The position numbers and the translations under genes are program-made. Below the pieces are notes generated by a model. It saw nothing but the letters and a program-made list of their open reading frames with translations. It searched no databases and was not told where the DNA came from. Below are positions 17,664 to 26,375 of a stretch of 64,000 nucleotides of DNA, piece by piece; within the stretch, counting starts at the first letter, position 1, and each line of letters begins with the position of its first letter. This DNA comes from Blastocatellia bacterium. Lineage in GTDB: Bacteria; Acidobacteriota; Blastocatellia; UBA7656. The stretch covers positions 97,967 to 161,966 of the forward strand of contig DATDOV010000066.1 in NCBI GenBank assembly GCA_035293105.1, read 5' to 3'.

Positions 17664-20566
17664 ATAGCATCTCGATACGAGGAAAGTTCTTTCGCCTGCT
17701 GACCCGCGCTGTTTTGTGGTCGGCTGGTATTGCGGCTACCGGGCTCGCGTGCGGGTGGTTGGGCGGAGCGGGAGAGCGATCGGTGCGGTTCAACTGGTAT
17801 GCGAAATCCGGACGCGACTTCGCTCTGCTGCCGCCTCTGTCAAAGAGCTTCGTCATAGAGACGCCACGCGTCAATCGGATCGGCGACTATGGCGACATAT
17901 GGGATCGAGCAAAACAGTTGCTCGATGAAATCGGCAAGTTATGGGACGACGCGCTGGAGGCGGAGGAGCGCGGCGACCTGAACGCGGCTCGCAATCTGCT
18001 GAGCAAGTATTTGGAGCGCACCGAGCCCCCGCGACAGACACTTCGGGTTAACGGCGACCTGTACTCTCACTATGAGCCGCTCGACATCAAAGACCGGCGG
18101 GAGCGAAGGAACTCCGCTCAAGACCAACTCGACGCAATGGGCAACCTGGTCAGAGGCGCGCGCCCCGCGGCAGTGAGCCAGTACCTCCAAGCCAGAGGCG
18201 CTTATGACTCCGACGCCCCGGACGAGGAAGTGACGAAGACGCTCGACGCGATTCGAGACCCCAGCTTGCGCGACAACGTGGCCTATCTGCGCGCGGCGCT
18301 CCCCTATCGCGCCGACAAGTTTGAAGAGGCCGCTGATGCTTTCACCGCTCTTGCGCACACATATCCGGGCAGCGAAAAGCGAGAGGCGGCCCTGTTGATG
18401 GCCGCGCTCGCAACCATGAAGCAGAGCGAGGTCTATGACGCGCCTTATGTGCGCAACCGAGACGATCGGGGACAGCCGCACACCGCGAAGGACGACGCAT
18501 GGTACGCGGCGCGGACCGGGTTTCAGAGACTGATGCGCGAGTACCCGCGCGGGCGATACTTCAACGATGCGCGGGGGTGGCTTGCTTATTTGTCCTACCG
18601 GGCGGGCGACTGGCCCGACGCGATGGTCGATTACTACAGGATGCTTGGCGACGCGGGGGACGCGAGCGCGCGGCTGGAAGCAACTTTCTCTCTGTACATC
18701 GTTCGCAGCGAGGTCACGGACTCCGAGATGCGCGAGGTCGAAGCGCGGCTCGAGCGAGAGCCGGCGGCGGCACTCGCTTACTGCTATCACGAGATGTACA
18801 ACTTCGCGACGGGCTACTGCGAGTACCCATACGATTACCCCGAAGACCGCAGCGAGTTCCGCGTTCGCAGCACCGAGTCACGCAGGCGAATCGCGGCGTT
18901 CGCGAACCGGCTGGCCGCTCGCGCCTCGGTCAACGCGGCGTTCGTGCTGCGAGCGGCGATGGCCAATCTGGAGGTCGAGGATTACGCGGCGGCATCGCGG
19001 CTTGCGAGGCGCGCATTGCAGCTAGGGTCAACCGGTGAGCAGAGAGCTCGGGCATTGTGGGTCGAAGGAGTCGCCGATCACTTGCGAGGCGAATACCGCC
19101 TGGCTCGCGACGCGATGAAGCGGCTCATCGCCGAAAAGCCGGCTGTTGATCTCCGGGAACGGGCCGAGCGCTACCTCCCAATCATCCTCGAAGACATGGG
19201 CGACATCGAGGGCGCGCTCGACCAGTACCTTGCGCTCAATTACCACGTCGACGCCGCATACTTCATTGATGTTCTGATGACGCCCGAGCAGTTGGCGCAT
19301 TTCATCGAGGGTCATCCGATGAGCCCGAAGCGCGATGAGCTGCTTTACGCGCTCGGCGTTCGGTACCTGCGCGACAAGCGATGGAATGAAGCGCGAGCCA
19401 CGTTGGCGAAGGCGCGGACGACGGCTCGCGGCGTCGATGATGATTACAATGACGAGCACAGTCACCTCTATCCGATGTATGGCTCCGAGCCCGAGACGCT
19501 TAAGGAGGACCCTGCTGATCCGGCAGTTCCCGGCGTCAGACCGCAGTGGGTCGAGCAGGATTTGAGGACCGCGAACGACCTCGAACGCCTGGCGCGCGAC
19601 GTAGACCAAGCGGAAGGCCACGAAGCGAAGGCCGAGGCGCTCTATCAACTGGCGAGTTATCAGTATCAGGGCAATCTGCTGTTCTACAATTCTGCGGCAT
19701 GGCGGTGGGAACGGCACGATCATCTGTACGACTTGAACAACAGCGGCTTGTTTCGTCAGCCGGGCGAAGCACAACTACTCTTTCGGAACATGCAATCACA
19801 CGATGCGGCGGCGCGCTCGCTGGAGGATTTCCTCGAGGTCGTGCGGCGCTTCCCGAACACTCGGGCGGCGCGTGATGCGCTGTACACGGCGGCGGTTTGC
19901 CACGAGCGGCTCTCCGAGTACAACAACTACTGGCGAGACATCTACTCGAGGGGCGGTTACGCGGGCAGCCGGCTTGTCACGTACAAAGACGTGAGAGCGG
20001 CCTATCCCGATTATCAACTGCCGCGAGGGACATTCGGTTGGCAGCCGGCTACGCGGACGGTCAACGGCGGTCCGGGTTGGAAGCCGCCGCCAAAGCCTAT
20101 CCCACGGACGCCGCGGTGGAAGCGTTACACTAGCGTCCTCGTAGTGACATTGTTGGACATGCGGCAGCGGCTCAACACGGCGGCACTAGAGATCGCGAAG
20201 CTGTGTGTGTACCTGAGCTGGTTGCAGTTCCAGTGTTTCATCATTGGGATGGCGGGGTATGCCTGGTATCTGTGCTTCAAGGCGAAGCGCCGGCTGATGG
20301 CGGAGATGTGCGAGTATGGAGGGTGGCCTCGCGCGCTGATAGGGCCGGCGCCGCAGGAGTTGTCGCCGCGAATGCCGATTCAGAGCTACCGCGATTTTCT
20401 GAGGCACGAGGCGCGTGACGAGTGGATTCGGAATGCGCGGCGTTGGCTTCAAAACACTACGTGCCTGTTGTTGCACACGAGGGCCGGGCCGGTACTCGTG
20501 ACAAACTTCATGCTGTACGGCTCAGCGCTGGTGTTTCTGGTTATGCTACTCAGTGTGATCGTATGA
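17660..20566 (+). CDS. Large TPR-like repeat protein with a C-terminal membrane anchor.
   Basis: The GTG start overlaps the upstream stop (GTGA). Helical-repeat-rich sequence throughout. C-terminal hydrophobic helices (VYLSWLQFQCFIIGMAGYAWYL; VLVTNFMLYGSALVFLVMLLSVIV). Confidence 0.55.
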   Translation: MNSISIRGKFFRLLTRAVLWSAGIAATGLACGWLGGAGERSVRFNWYAKSGRDFALLPPLSKSFVIETPRVNRIGDYGDIWDRAKQLLDEIGKLWDDALEAEERGDLNAARNLLSKYLERTEPPRQTLRVNGDLYSHYEPLDIKDRRERRNSAQDQLDAMGNLVRGARPAAVSQYLQARGAYDSDAPDEEVTKTLDAIRDPSLRDNVAYLRAALPYRADKFEEAADAFTALAHTYPGSEKREAALLMAALATMKQSEVYDAPYVRNRDDRGQPHTAKDDAWYAARTGFQRLMREYPRGRYFNDARGWLAYLSYRAGDWPDAMVDYYRMLGDAGDASARLEATFSLYIVRSEVTDSEMREVEARLEREPAAALAYCYHEMYNFATGYCEYPYDYPEDRSEFRVRSTESRRRIAAFANRLAARASVNAAFVLRAAMANLEVEDYAAASRLARRALQLGSTGEQRARALWVEGVADHLRGEYRLARDAMKRLIAEKPAVDLRERAERYLPIILEDMGDIEGALDQYLALNYHVDAAYFIDVLMTPEQLAHFIEGHPMSPKRDELLYALGVRYLRDKRWNEARATLAKARTTARGVDDDYNDEHSHLYPMYGSEPETLKEDPADPAVPGVRPQWVEQDLRTANDLERLARDVDQAEGHEAKAEALYQLASYQYQGNLLFYNSAAWRWERHDHLYDLNNSGLFRQPGEAQLLFRNMQSHDAAARSLEDFLEVVRRFPNTRAARDALYTAAVCHERLSEYNNYWRDIYSRGGYAGSRLVTYKDVRAAYPDYQLPRGTFGWQPATRTVNGGPGWKPPPKPIPRTPRWKRYTSVLVVTLLDMRQRLNTAALEIAKLCVYLSWLQFQCFIIGMAGYAWYLCFKAKRRLMAEMCEYGGWPRALIGPAPQELSPRMPIQSYRDFLRHEARDEWIRNARRWLQNTTCLLLHTRAGPVLVTNFMLYGSALVFLVMLLSVIV

Positions 20567-20576
20567 GGGCGAAGAC

Positions 20577-20762
20577 ATCCACGAAGAACACGAAGGAACA
20601 CGAAGAATGGGAAGGGAAAAACACTCGATTCGAAAAAGAGAAAGGCTCTTTGTTCATGGTCAGGGACGCGCCGACTGGTTGGGTCTCGGTGAAGAGCCTC
20701 GACCGAAGAAGTCCGCAGGCCCCGCAGCTTTTCTTCGTGTTACTTCGTGTCCTTCGTGGATG
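20577..20762. mobile_element. MITE-like unit 1. It is about 186 bp, bounded by about 30-bp imperfect terminal inverted repeats, each made of three CACGAAG heptads at 9-10 bp spacing.
   Basis: Left end TCCACGAAGAACACGAAGGAACACGAAGAA. Right end TTCTTCGTGTTACTTCGTGTCCTTCGTGGA, which is the reverse complement apart from 3 mismatches. Confidence 0.55.
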
Positions 20763-20777
20763 AAACGGAGAAGGATA

Positions 20778-20961
20778 TCCACGAAGGCCACGAAGAAACA
20801 CGAAGAATGAGAAGGGGAAAATTCACTGGATTCGGAAAAAGAGGCTCTTTGTTCGTGGTTGGGGCCGTGCCGATTGTTTGGGTCTTTGGTGAAGAGCCTC
20901 GACCGAAGAAGTCCGCAGGCCCCACAGCTTTTCTTCGTGTTACTTCGTGGCCTTCGTGGAT
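20778..20961. mobile_element. MITE-like unit 2, a tandem copy about 90% identical to unit 1 with the same TIR structure.
   Basis: Direct alignment to unit 1, separated from it by a 15-bp spacer. The antisense and sense ORFs in this region encode repeated peptides and are artefacts of the repeat. Confidence 0.55.
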
Positions 20962-20964
20962 GAA

Positions 20965-21333
20965 TCATCTTACGAACTTCTTCCATTCGAGCTTTCCGGT
21001 ACTGCCAAAGTTGATCAGCAGCCCAACCCGCAGACCCGTCGCTTTCAGGTAGTTCAGTATCTGCGACTCTTCACGCCCGCCGAGGCCATCAAGCGCCTTG
21101 ATCTCGACGACGATCTGCCCATAGCAAATGAAATCCGCCTGATACTCTTTGTTCAGACGCTCTCCTTTGTAGTGGATCACAAGCGGCGCTTGCGCGACGA
21201 AGGGGATGCCACGGCTGCGAAGTTCTCGCTCCAGCGCTTCTTGATAAACCGGTTCGAGGAATCCTGACCCAAGCTCGCGGTGGACTACTATCGCCGCTCC
21301 AATGACGGCGTAGACCTCGTCTTTCAGAATCAA
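20965..21333 (-). CDS. GxxExxY family protein (PD-(D/E)xK nuclease-like superfamily).
   Basis: The 122-aa protein carries the family signature (IGAAIVVHRELGSGFLEPVYQEALERELRSRGIPF ... DFICYGQIVVEIKA). Confidence 0.75.
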   Translation of the reverse strand: MILKDEVYAVIGAAIVVHRELGSGFLEPVYQEALERELRSRGIPFVAQAPLVIHYKGERLNKEYQADFICYGQIVVEIKALDGLGGREESQILNYLKATGLRVGLLINFGSTGKLEWKKFVR

Positions 21334-21455
21334 CTCCGTCGTTCTTTCTCCTTCGTGATACTTATCCGATTCTTTTCTCCGGCCAGTTCGGGAAAGCTTT
21401 GCCAGGGCCTTTCGTTGATGCCCTACATCGATCCTCCGGCACCAACTCTTCCCTG

Positions 21456-21484
21456 TGTGTTATTGCCTTCGTGTTTCTTCGTGT
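21456..21484. repeat. Solo copy of the triple CTTCGTG array (right-TIR-like), about 125 bp upstream of the GxxExxY gene start.
   Basis: CCTTCGTGTTTCTTCGTGTCCTTCGTGGA matches the right TIR of the tandem units. A single extra CTTCGTG lies at about 21348. Confidence 0.5.
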
Positions 21485-21495
21485 CCTTCGTGGAT

Positions 21496-22296
21496 TCACT
21501 TCCCCCTAAACTCCGGCTTACGCTTTTCGTGAAACGCCGCGATTCCTTCCTTCACATCATCGCAGTAGTTCACAACCATCGTCCCGAGCGCCGCGTCTTC
21601 GAGCGCGTTCTCCAGGTTCATCGTCTGCTGCTTGTACATCATCCGCTTCGTGGTCCTGATGGCGATGGGTGGTCCGTCGGCGAGACGCTCGGCCCACTCG
21701 CGCGCCCGCGCCATTAATTGCCCGTCAGCGACGACCTCGGTGACCAGTCCCAGTTCTTTCGCTTCGCGCGCCGTGTAGACCTCCGAGAACAGCGACATCT
21801 TCAGCGCGTTCTGCAAGCCCATGTACTTCGGAAAGAGATACGCGCCGCCTTCGTCCGGGATGAGCGCGAACTTGAGGCTGGTGTCGCCGAGTCTTGCACT
21901 CTCGGCCGCGATGCGAAAATCGCAACAGAGCGCCAACGTCAGCCCGCCCGCGACTGCCGCTCCATTCACCGCCGCGATCGTCGGCTTATCGAAGCGCCGC
22001 AAGAACGTGACGAGCTGATGCATGTTCTCGCGCATCTCGAGCATCGACTCCATCCTGTGCCCGCGATAACGCGCCGGATACTGGAAATCGCGGCTGATGT
22101 CGCCGCCCGAGCAGAAGCCGCGGCCCGCGCCGGTGATTATCACTGCCCTGATGTTGTCGTCGTCGCGCGCATCGGCGAGCGCGGCCAGCATCTCGTGGAC
22201 CATCACTTCCGAATAAGCGTTGAGCTTTGCGGGCCGGTTCAAAGTGATCGTCGCAACGCGGTTCTCTTTGGCATGAATGATCTCTTGAAACTCCAT
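21496..22296 (-). CDS. Enoyl-CoA hydratase/isomerase (crotonase) family protein.
   Basis: Crotonase fold motifs (ITGAGRGFCSGGDI; AAVNGAAVAGGLTLALCCDFRIA). Start chosen at MEFQE, preceded by a GAGGAGG ribosome-binding site. Confidence 0.85.
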   Translation of the reverse strand: MEFQEIIHAKENRVATITLNRPAKLNAYSEVMVHEMLAALADARDDDNIRAVIITGAGRGFCSGGDISRDFQYPARYRGHRMESMLEMRENMHQLVTFLRRFDKPTIAAVNGAAVAGGLTLALCCDFRIAAESARLGDTSLKFALIPDEGGAYLFPKYMGLQNALKMSLFSEVYTAREAKELGLVTEVVADGQLMARAREWAERLADGPPIAIRTTKRMMYKQQTMNLENALEDAALGTMVVNYCDDVKEGIAAFHEKRKPEFRGK

Positions 22297-22424
22297 GAGT
22301 CGTCCTCCTCTGCAACGACGGATGAACGCTGACGGGTACAACAAGACTGCCGCCGCCGTTCTTCAGAGCAGCCACAAACATGGGCGACTACCCGAGTTCA
22401 TAGGTGTTCATCCATGGTTGCTTC

Positions 22425-23216
22425 TCATCTTCCGGTGAACTTCGGCGGGCGCTTTTCCATGAAAGCCCGGACGCCTTCCTTATGGTCCTGGGTCTCGCCG
22501 CAGCGCAAGTGGGTCTCGGCTTCGCGATCCAGCAGCGTTCGGAAGTCGCTGCTCGCTGCCAGATTCACGTTAGCCTTCATGTAGCGGAAGCTGGTTAGCG
22601 GGCCGTGAGCAATCGTTGAAGCGACTCCCGCGACCGCAGACGCAAGCTGTTCGGGCTCGACGACGCTGTTGACCAGTCCAAGCCGGTGCGCCTCAGTCGC
22701 GTCGAGCGTCTCGCCGAGAAAGAACAGTTCCTTGGCCTTCGGCGCGCCGACGTAGTGAGTCAGGAGCCACGTCGTTCCGAAGTCTCCGCCATAACCGACC
22801 CTGGCATAAGCCGTTCCGAATCGCGCGCTATCGGACGCGATGCGCAGATCGCACGCGAGGCAGACGCCGAGGCCGGCGCCCATCGCAAAGCCGTTCACCG
22901 CCGCAATCGTGACCTTCGGCATGTTGTACAGCAGCCACGACAGCTCGTGCATCTCGCGCAAGCCGTCGATCTTCTGCTCGAGTGTCTGCTCGTCGCCGTC
23001 GCGCGCCATCATCGACACGTCGCCCCCTGCGCAGAACGCCCGTCCCGCTCCGGTCACTACGACGCACCCTATTTCGGACTCACCGGCCCAATTGGTCAAC
23101 ACGTCGATCGACTGAGCGATCAGATCGCGGCTCAGCGCGTTCAGTTTGTCGGGCCGGTTGAACGTCAACGTCGCGATTCTATCGGCGACATTGGTCAAAA
23201 CGACACCTTCAGGCAT
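22425..23216 (-). CDS. Enoyl-CoA hydratase/isomerase (crotonase) family protein, second paralogue.
   Basis: VTGAGRAFCAGGDV and AAVNGFAMGAGLGVCLACDLRIA motifs. GGAGG ribosome-binding site upstream. Confidence 0.85.
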   Translation of the reverse strand: MPEGVVLTNVADRIATLTFNRPDKLNALSRDLIAQSIDVLTNWAGESEIGCVVVTGAGRAFCAGGDVSMMARDGDEQTLEQKIDGLREMHELSWLLYNMPKVTIAAVNGFAMGAGLGVCLACDLRIASDSARFGTAYARVGYGGDFGTTWLLTHYVGAPKAKELFFLGETLDATEAHRLGLVNSVVEPEQLASAVAGVASTIAHGPLTSFRYMKANVNLAASSDFRTLLDREAETHLRCGETQDHKEGVRAFMEKRPPKFTGR

Positions 23217-23274
23217 GGTTGTACGACCTCCGTTCTTGTAGAGTGATCAGACTCGCCGCAGGGCCACGACTCGG

Positions 23275-25062
23275 TCAACGGCGTAATACAGAATCGTCTT
23301 CGACGGCTCTTCGCACGTTCCATCCGTGTCTCTTCAGGCGTGCGCGCGCCTGTTCGTAAGAGTCGCCCTTGATTTGAGCCACCAGCCGGACGGCGCGATC
23401 GCGCAGCTTCTCGCTCGTCGGCTTCAAGTCCACCATTAGGTTCGATTTCACTTTGCCCATCCGAATCATGCTGCACGTTGAGAGAATGTTGAGCGCGAGT
23501 TTTGTGGCGGTCCCGGCCTTGAGACGTGTTGAGCCTGCTATCAGCTCCGGGCCCGTCGGCAGATCGATCTCCACGTCCACCGGAACCAGGAGACCGCGCC
23601 GCGCCGGATTGCACGTTAGCAGAATCGTCCTGGCTCCGATTCGGCCTGCCCTTTCGATCGCGCCGATGACGAACGGTGTCCGCCCGCTGGCCGTGATTCC
23701 GCACACTACATCGATCTCTCCTACGCCGCGTTCGGTTAGCGCCAGCGCGCCGTTCGCCGGATTGTCTTCGGCGCCTTCGACGCTTGCGTGAAGTGCCGCG
23801 GCCCCGCCGGCGATTATTCCCTGTACCCGATCGGGCGGCTCACCAAACGTTGGTGGAGTCTCACTCGCGTCGAGGACTCCGAGACGGCCGCTCGTCCCTG
23901 CGCCAACGTAGAAGAGCCGGCCACCCCGCGTGAATGCCTCGACGATCAGCTCGACGGCGTCTGCGAGCGCTCGCCGACAAGATTGAAGGGCGTCGGCGAC
24001 GAAGCGTTCTTCGGCGATGAAGAGATCGATCATCTCGGGCGTCGTCATCTGATCGATGAGCCGCGAGCGCGGGTTGGGCTGTTCGGTCGTCGCGGCGGCC
24101 AGCTCTTCTATCGGCACTTGCGGCGCCGAATCGGCGACGTCGATAGAGAGTTGTGCGAAGCCGCCCTGGGCTGCAAGCCGCGCGGCGCCGAGCGAGCCCG
24201 ACCGCTCGCAGACTTGAACTCCAGCCGAGGGCAGCAACGATCTCAGAGCTTCGCGATAAAGCTCGACGTAGACCGGCTGATTCAGGAACACGCCGCCGAA
24301 CAACCTGACCTCGGGTGAATCGACCTCGAGCCGGCGAGCAACCGCGTCGGTGTAGAGCGCCAACTCGCGCGCGCCATCCTCGATGATGCGGCGCATTTCT
24401 CGATCGCCCTCATCCGCTACGCAAAACATTACGGGCGTCAGCCGCGCAACCGACATTTTGTCCGCGCTGTGAGCCCAGCTAACCAGTTCGTCGATACCAT
24501 TCAGCGCCAGCTCTCTCAGAATGCTGACCGCGAGCGGGGTCACTTCGTGTTGAAGGTCGTACTCCTCGAGCGCGAGCCGAAGCCCCTCCATAGAGATAAT
24601 GTATCCGCCGCCGCCATCGCCCAGCAGGTGACCGCGGCCGCCTGCCTTCTCGACGCGGCCTCCTCTGCGGCCCGTCACCGCAGAACCCGTCCCGCTTATG
24701 ACCGCGATGCCGTCCCCGTCGCCGAAAGCCGTAGCGAGACTCGAATCGCGATCGCTGCCGGTGACGATGCGCGCGGCGGGCCATACTTGCCTGGCCAGTT
24801 CGCGCAGCCGGCGGTTGTCGTGGTCATCGACACAGCCGGCAAGGAACACCCCGACTCGCGTTGCGTCGCGCGGCAGTTCTCTAAGTATTCGGCTTAGGGC
24901 GTCATCGTTGACCAGCCGCAGGTTGGACGGAGGAAGCTGACCGCGGCTGAGGAGAGTCGTCTCGGCGCCGTATTGACTGAGATAAACCCAGTCGGTCTTC
25001 GTTCCGCCGCCTTCAATACCGAGAACGAGGTCTTCTGCGCCGACCATACTGAAGCTCACCAA
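23275..25062 (-). CDS. murQ: Fusion protein. The N-terminus is a BadF/BadG/BcrA/BcrD-type sugar kinase (MurK/NagK-like) and the C-terminus is an N-acetylmuramic acid 6-phosphate etherase (MurQ, SIS domain).
   Basis: The N-terminus has LGIEGGGTKT, the ATPase phosphate-1 motif. The C-terminus has GRLFYVGAGTSGRLG and ITASGRTP, the MurQ SIS signatures. Confidence 0.7.
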   Translation of the reverse strand: MVSFSMVGAEDLVLGIEGGGTKTDWVYLSQYGAETTLLSRGQLPPSNLRLVNDDALSRILRELPRDATRVGVFLAGCVDDHDNRRLRELARQVWPAARIVTGSDRDSSLATAFGDGDGIAVISGTGSAVTGRRGGRVEKAGGRGHLLGDGGGGYIISMEGLRLALEEYDLQHEVTPLAVSILRELALNGIDELVSWAHSADKMSVARLTPVMFCVADEGDREMRRIIEDGARELALYTDAVARRLEVDSPEVRLFGGVFLNQPVYVELYREALRSLLPSAGVQVCERSGSLGAARLAAQGGFAQLSIDVADSAPQVPIEELAAATTEQPNPRSRLIDQMTTPEMIDLFIAEERFVADALQSCRRALADAVELIVEAFTRGGRLFYVGAGTSGRLGVLDASETPPTFGEPPDRVQGIIAGGAAALHASVEGAEDNPANGALALTERGVGEIDVVCGITASGRTPFVIGAIERAGRIGARTILLTCNPARRGLLVPVDVEIDLPTGPELIAGSTRLKAGTATKLALNILSTCSMIRMGKVKSNLMVDLKPTSEKLRDRAVRLVAQIKGDSYEQARARLKRHGWNVRRAVEDDSVLRR

Positions 25063-25131
25063 CGGAACGTTCTGAGTTCAACCTTTAGGTTGCTGTCGCG
25101 GAAGTGGCAAGCTGAAGCTTGAACTCAAACG
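25049..25131. repeat. REP-like composite palindromic intergenic repeat, copy A.
   Basis: Contains GTTCTGAGTTCA, AACCTTTAGGTT and GCAAGCTGAAGCTTGAAC modules shared with the copies at 49563-49640 and 51136-51217. Confidence 0.6.
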
Positions 25132-26154
25132 TCACTTGCCCGCCCATGCCATCCCATCCGGTTGCTGTCCGGTCTGGATCGTTCCCGAAAGCGCGAGTCT
25201 CTCGAGATCGATCACCAGCACTTTGTTCCCTCGCGTTGCGGCGACGAAGGCCCTCCGCCCGTCGGGGGTGATCAGAATGCCGACCGGCGTTTCGGGCACC
25301 GGAATTCGCTTGATTTCCTTCCGCGTGCGCGCGTCGAAGACCACGACCTCGCCGCCCTGCGCATCCGAGACGAGCACGCGTTCACCGTTAGGCGTGAACT
25401 TGACGCGAATCGGCATGCGGCCGGCCTTGATCGTCTCTTTAACCTTGTTGGTCGCGGTGTCGATGATCGAAAGTCCGCCGTCTTCATTGTGTCCCACCCA
25501 CACCTCGCTGCCGTCTGGCGATATCGCGATTCCCTCGGGCGCCTTGCCGACGCCGATGTGGGCGATCTTCGGCGCGCCTTCGAGCTCGATCGCGGTGACG
25601 GTGTCCGACCCGACGTTCGCGGTGTAGAGCCGCTTGCCGTCCTTGCTCACGACTACCATGTGAGTTCGGTTCTGGCCGGTTCCGCTCAGCCAGTCAATGC
25701 GATTGGCAGCAGGGTCGTAGCGGGCGACTGCGCGGCTGCCTTCTATTGTGAAGAAGACCTTGCCTGCGGATTCCACGATGCCGTGAGGCCTGGTGAGCGG
25801 CCCGAGGTCGACCCGCCTCAGTTCCTTGCGCGCGGCGACGTCGATGACAGAGATCGTGTTGCCCGGCTTCGGCCCGGTGCCGTAGTTCGCTACGAACGCG
25901 AGCCGACCGTCCGCGGATGCGGCGACTTCGTGCGGGGCTTCGCCTGTCGGGACTACTGCGACGGTTTGCAGCGTTGCCGGGTCTATGATCGACATGGTGT
26001 TGTCGGTCTTGTTGAGCACGAGCAACCACGCTTTGTCGGGCTGAGCTGCTGACGTGTGTCCGGCGCTCGCCGCGAACGCGCCGGCTATCGAAGCCACTGC
26101 GATGAGCAAGGTCAGTGCAACAGTAGTCCGCGGCTGTCTTCGGTGCGTCTTCAT
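25132..26154 (-). CDS. YVTN-family beta-propeller repeat protein (secreted, lactonase-like 7-bladed propeller).
   Basis: Signal peptide. Repeated ~40-aa blades with motifs such as P.G.A.S.DG..LYVAN. Confidence 0.7.
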   Translation of the reverse strand: MKTHRRQPRTTVALTLLIAVASIAGAFAASAGHTSAAQPDKAWLLVLNKTDNTMSIIDPATLQTVAVVPTGEAPHEVAASADGRLAFVANYGTGPKPGNTISVIDVAARKELRRVDLGPLTRPHGIVESAGKVFFTIEGSRAVARYDPAANRIDWLSGTGQNRTHMVVVSKDGKRLYTANVGSDTVTAIELEGAPKIAHIGVGKAPEGIAISPDGSEVWVGHNEDGGLSIIDTATNKVKETIKAGRMPIRVKFTPNGERVLVSDAQGGEVVVFDARTRKEIKRIPVPETPVGILITPDGRRAFVAATRGNKVLVIDLERLALSGTIQTGQQPDGMAWAGK

Positions 26155-26375
26155 TTGATCGGCCTCCGTTTCGGAACTTCAAGACTCACTGACAAGCGCG
26201 TTCATTCTACCCTTTTGGGTGATGGTTGAAACAGCGAAGCTGCCCGGTTGCGCTCGCCGCTGTGTTTCGTTGCAAGAGGCGCCGCGCGACGCATTCTTAT
26301 CGGCGAAGGATGAAACCAGGGCGCGCCTTCGCCGAAGCAGTCGGCTGGCGCGCTCTTCTATGGAGAGAAACAGAA

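Noticed and set aside
16630-19774. Several 250-280-aa antisense ORFs inside the 528-aa protein gene and the TPR gene.
   Set aside because: Arg- and Pro-rich compositional artefacts of GC-rich DNA. They have no start context and no motifs.
20577-20961. Considered whether the tandem repeats could be a CRISPR array.
   Set aside because: The units are about 185 bp, there are only two, and there are no unique spacers. Each unit is internally bounded by inverted repeats. The structure is not CRISPR-like.
20550-20986. Short ORFs on both strands encoding repeated peptides (PRRPRSNTKKSCGACGLLRSRLFT, twice).
   Set aside because: They are translations of the tandem 185-bp repeat units. The duplicated peptide just reflects DNA repeat identity.
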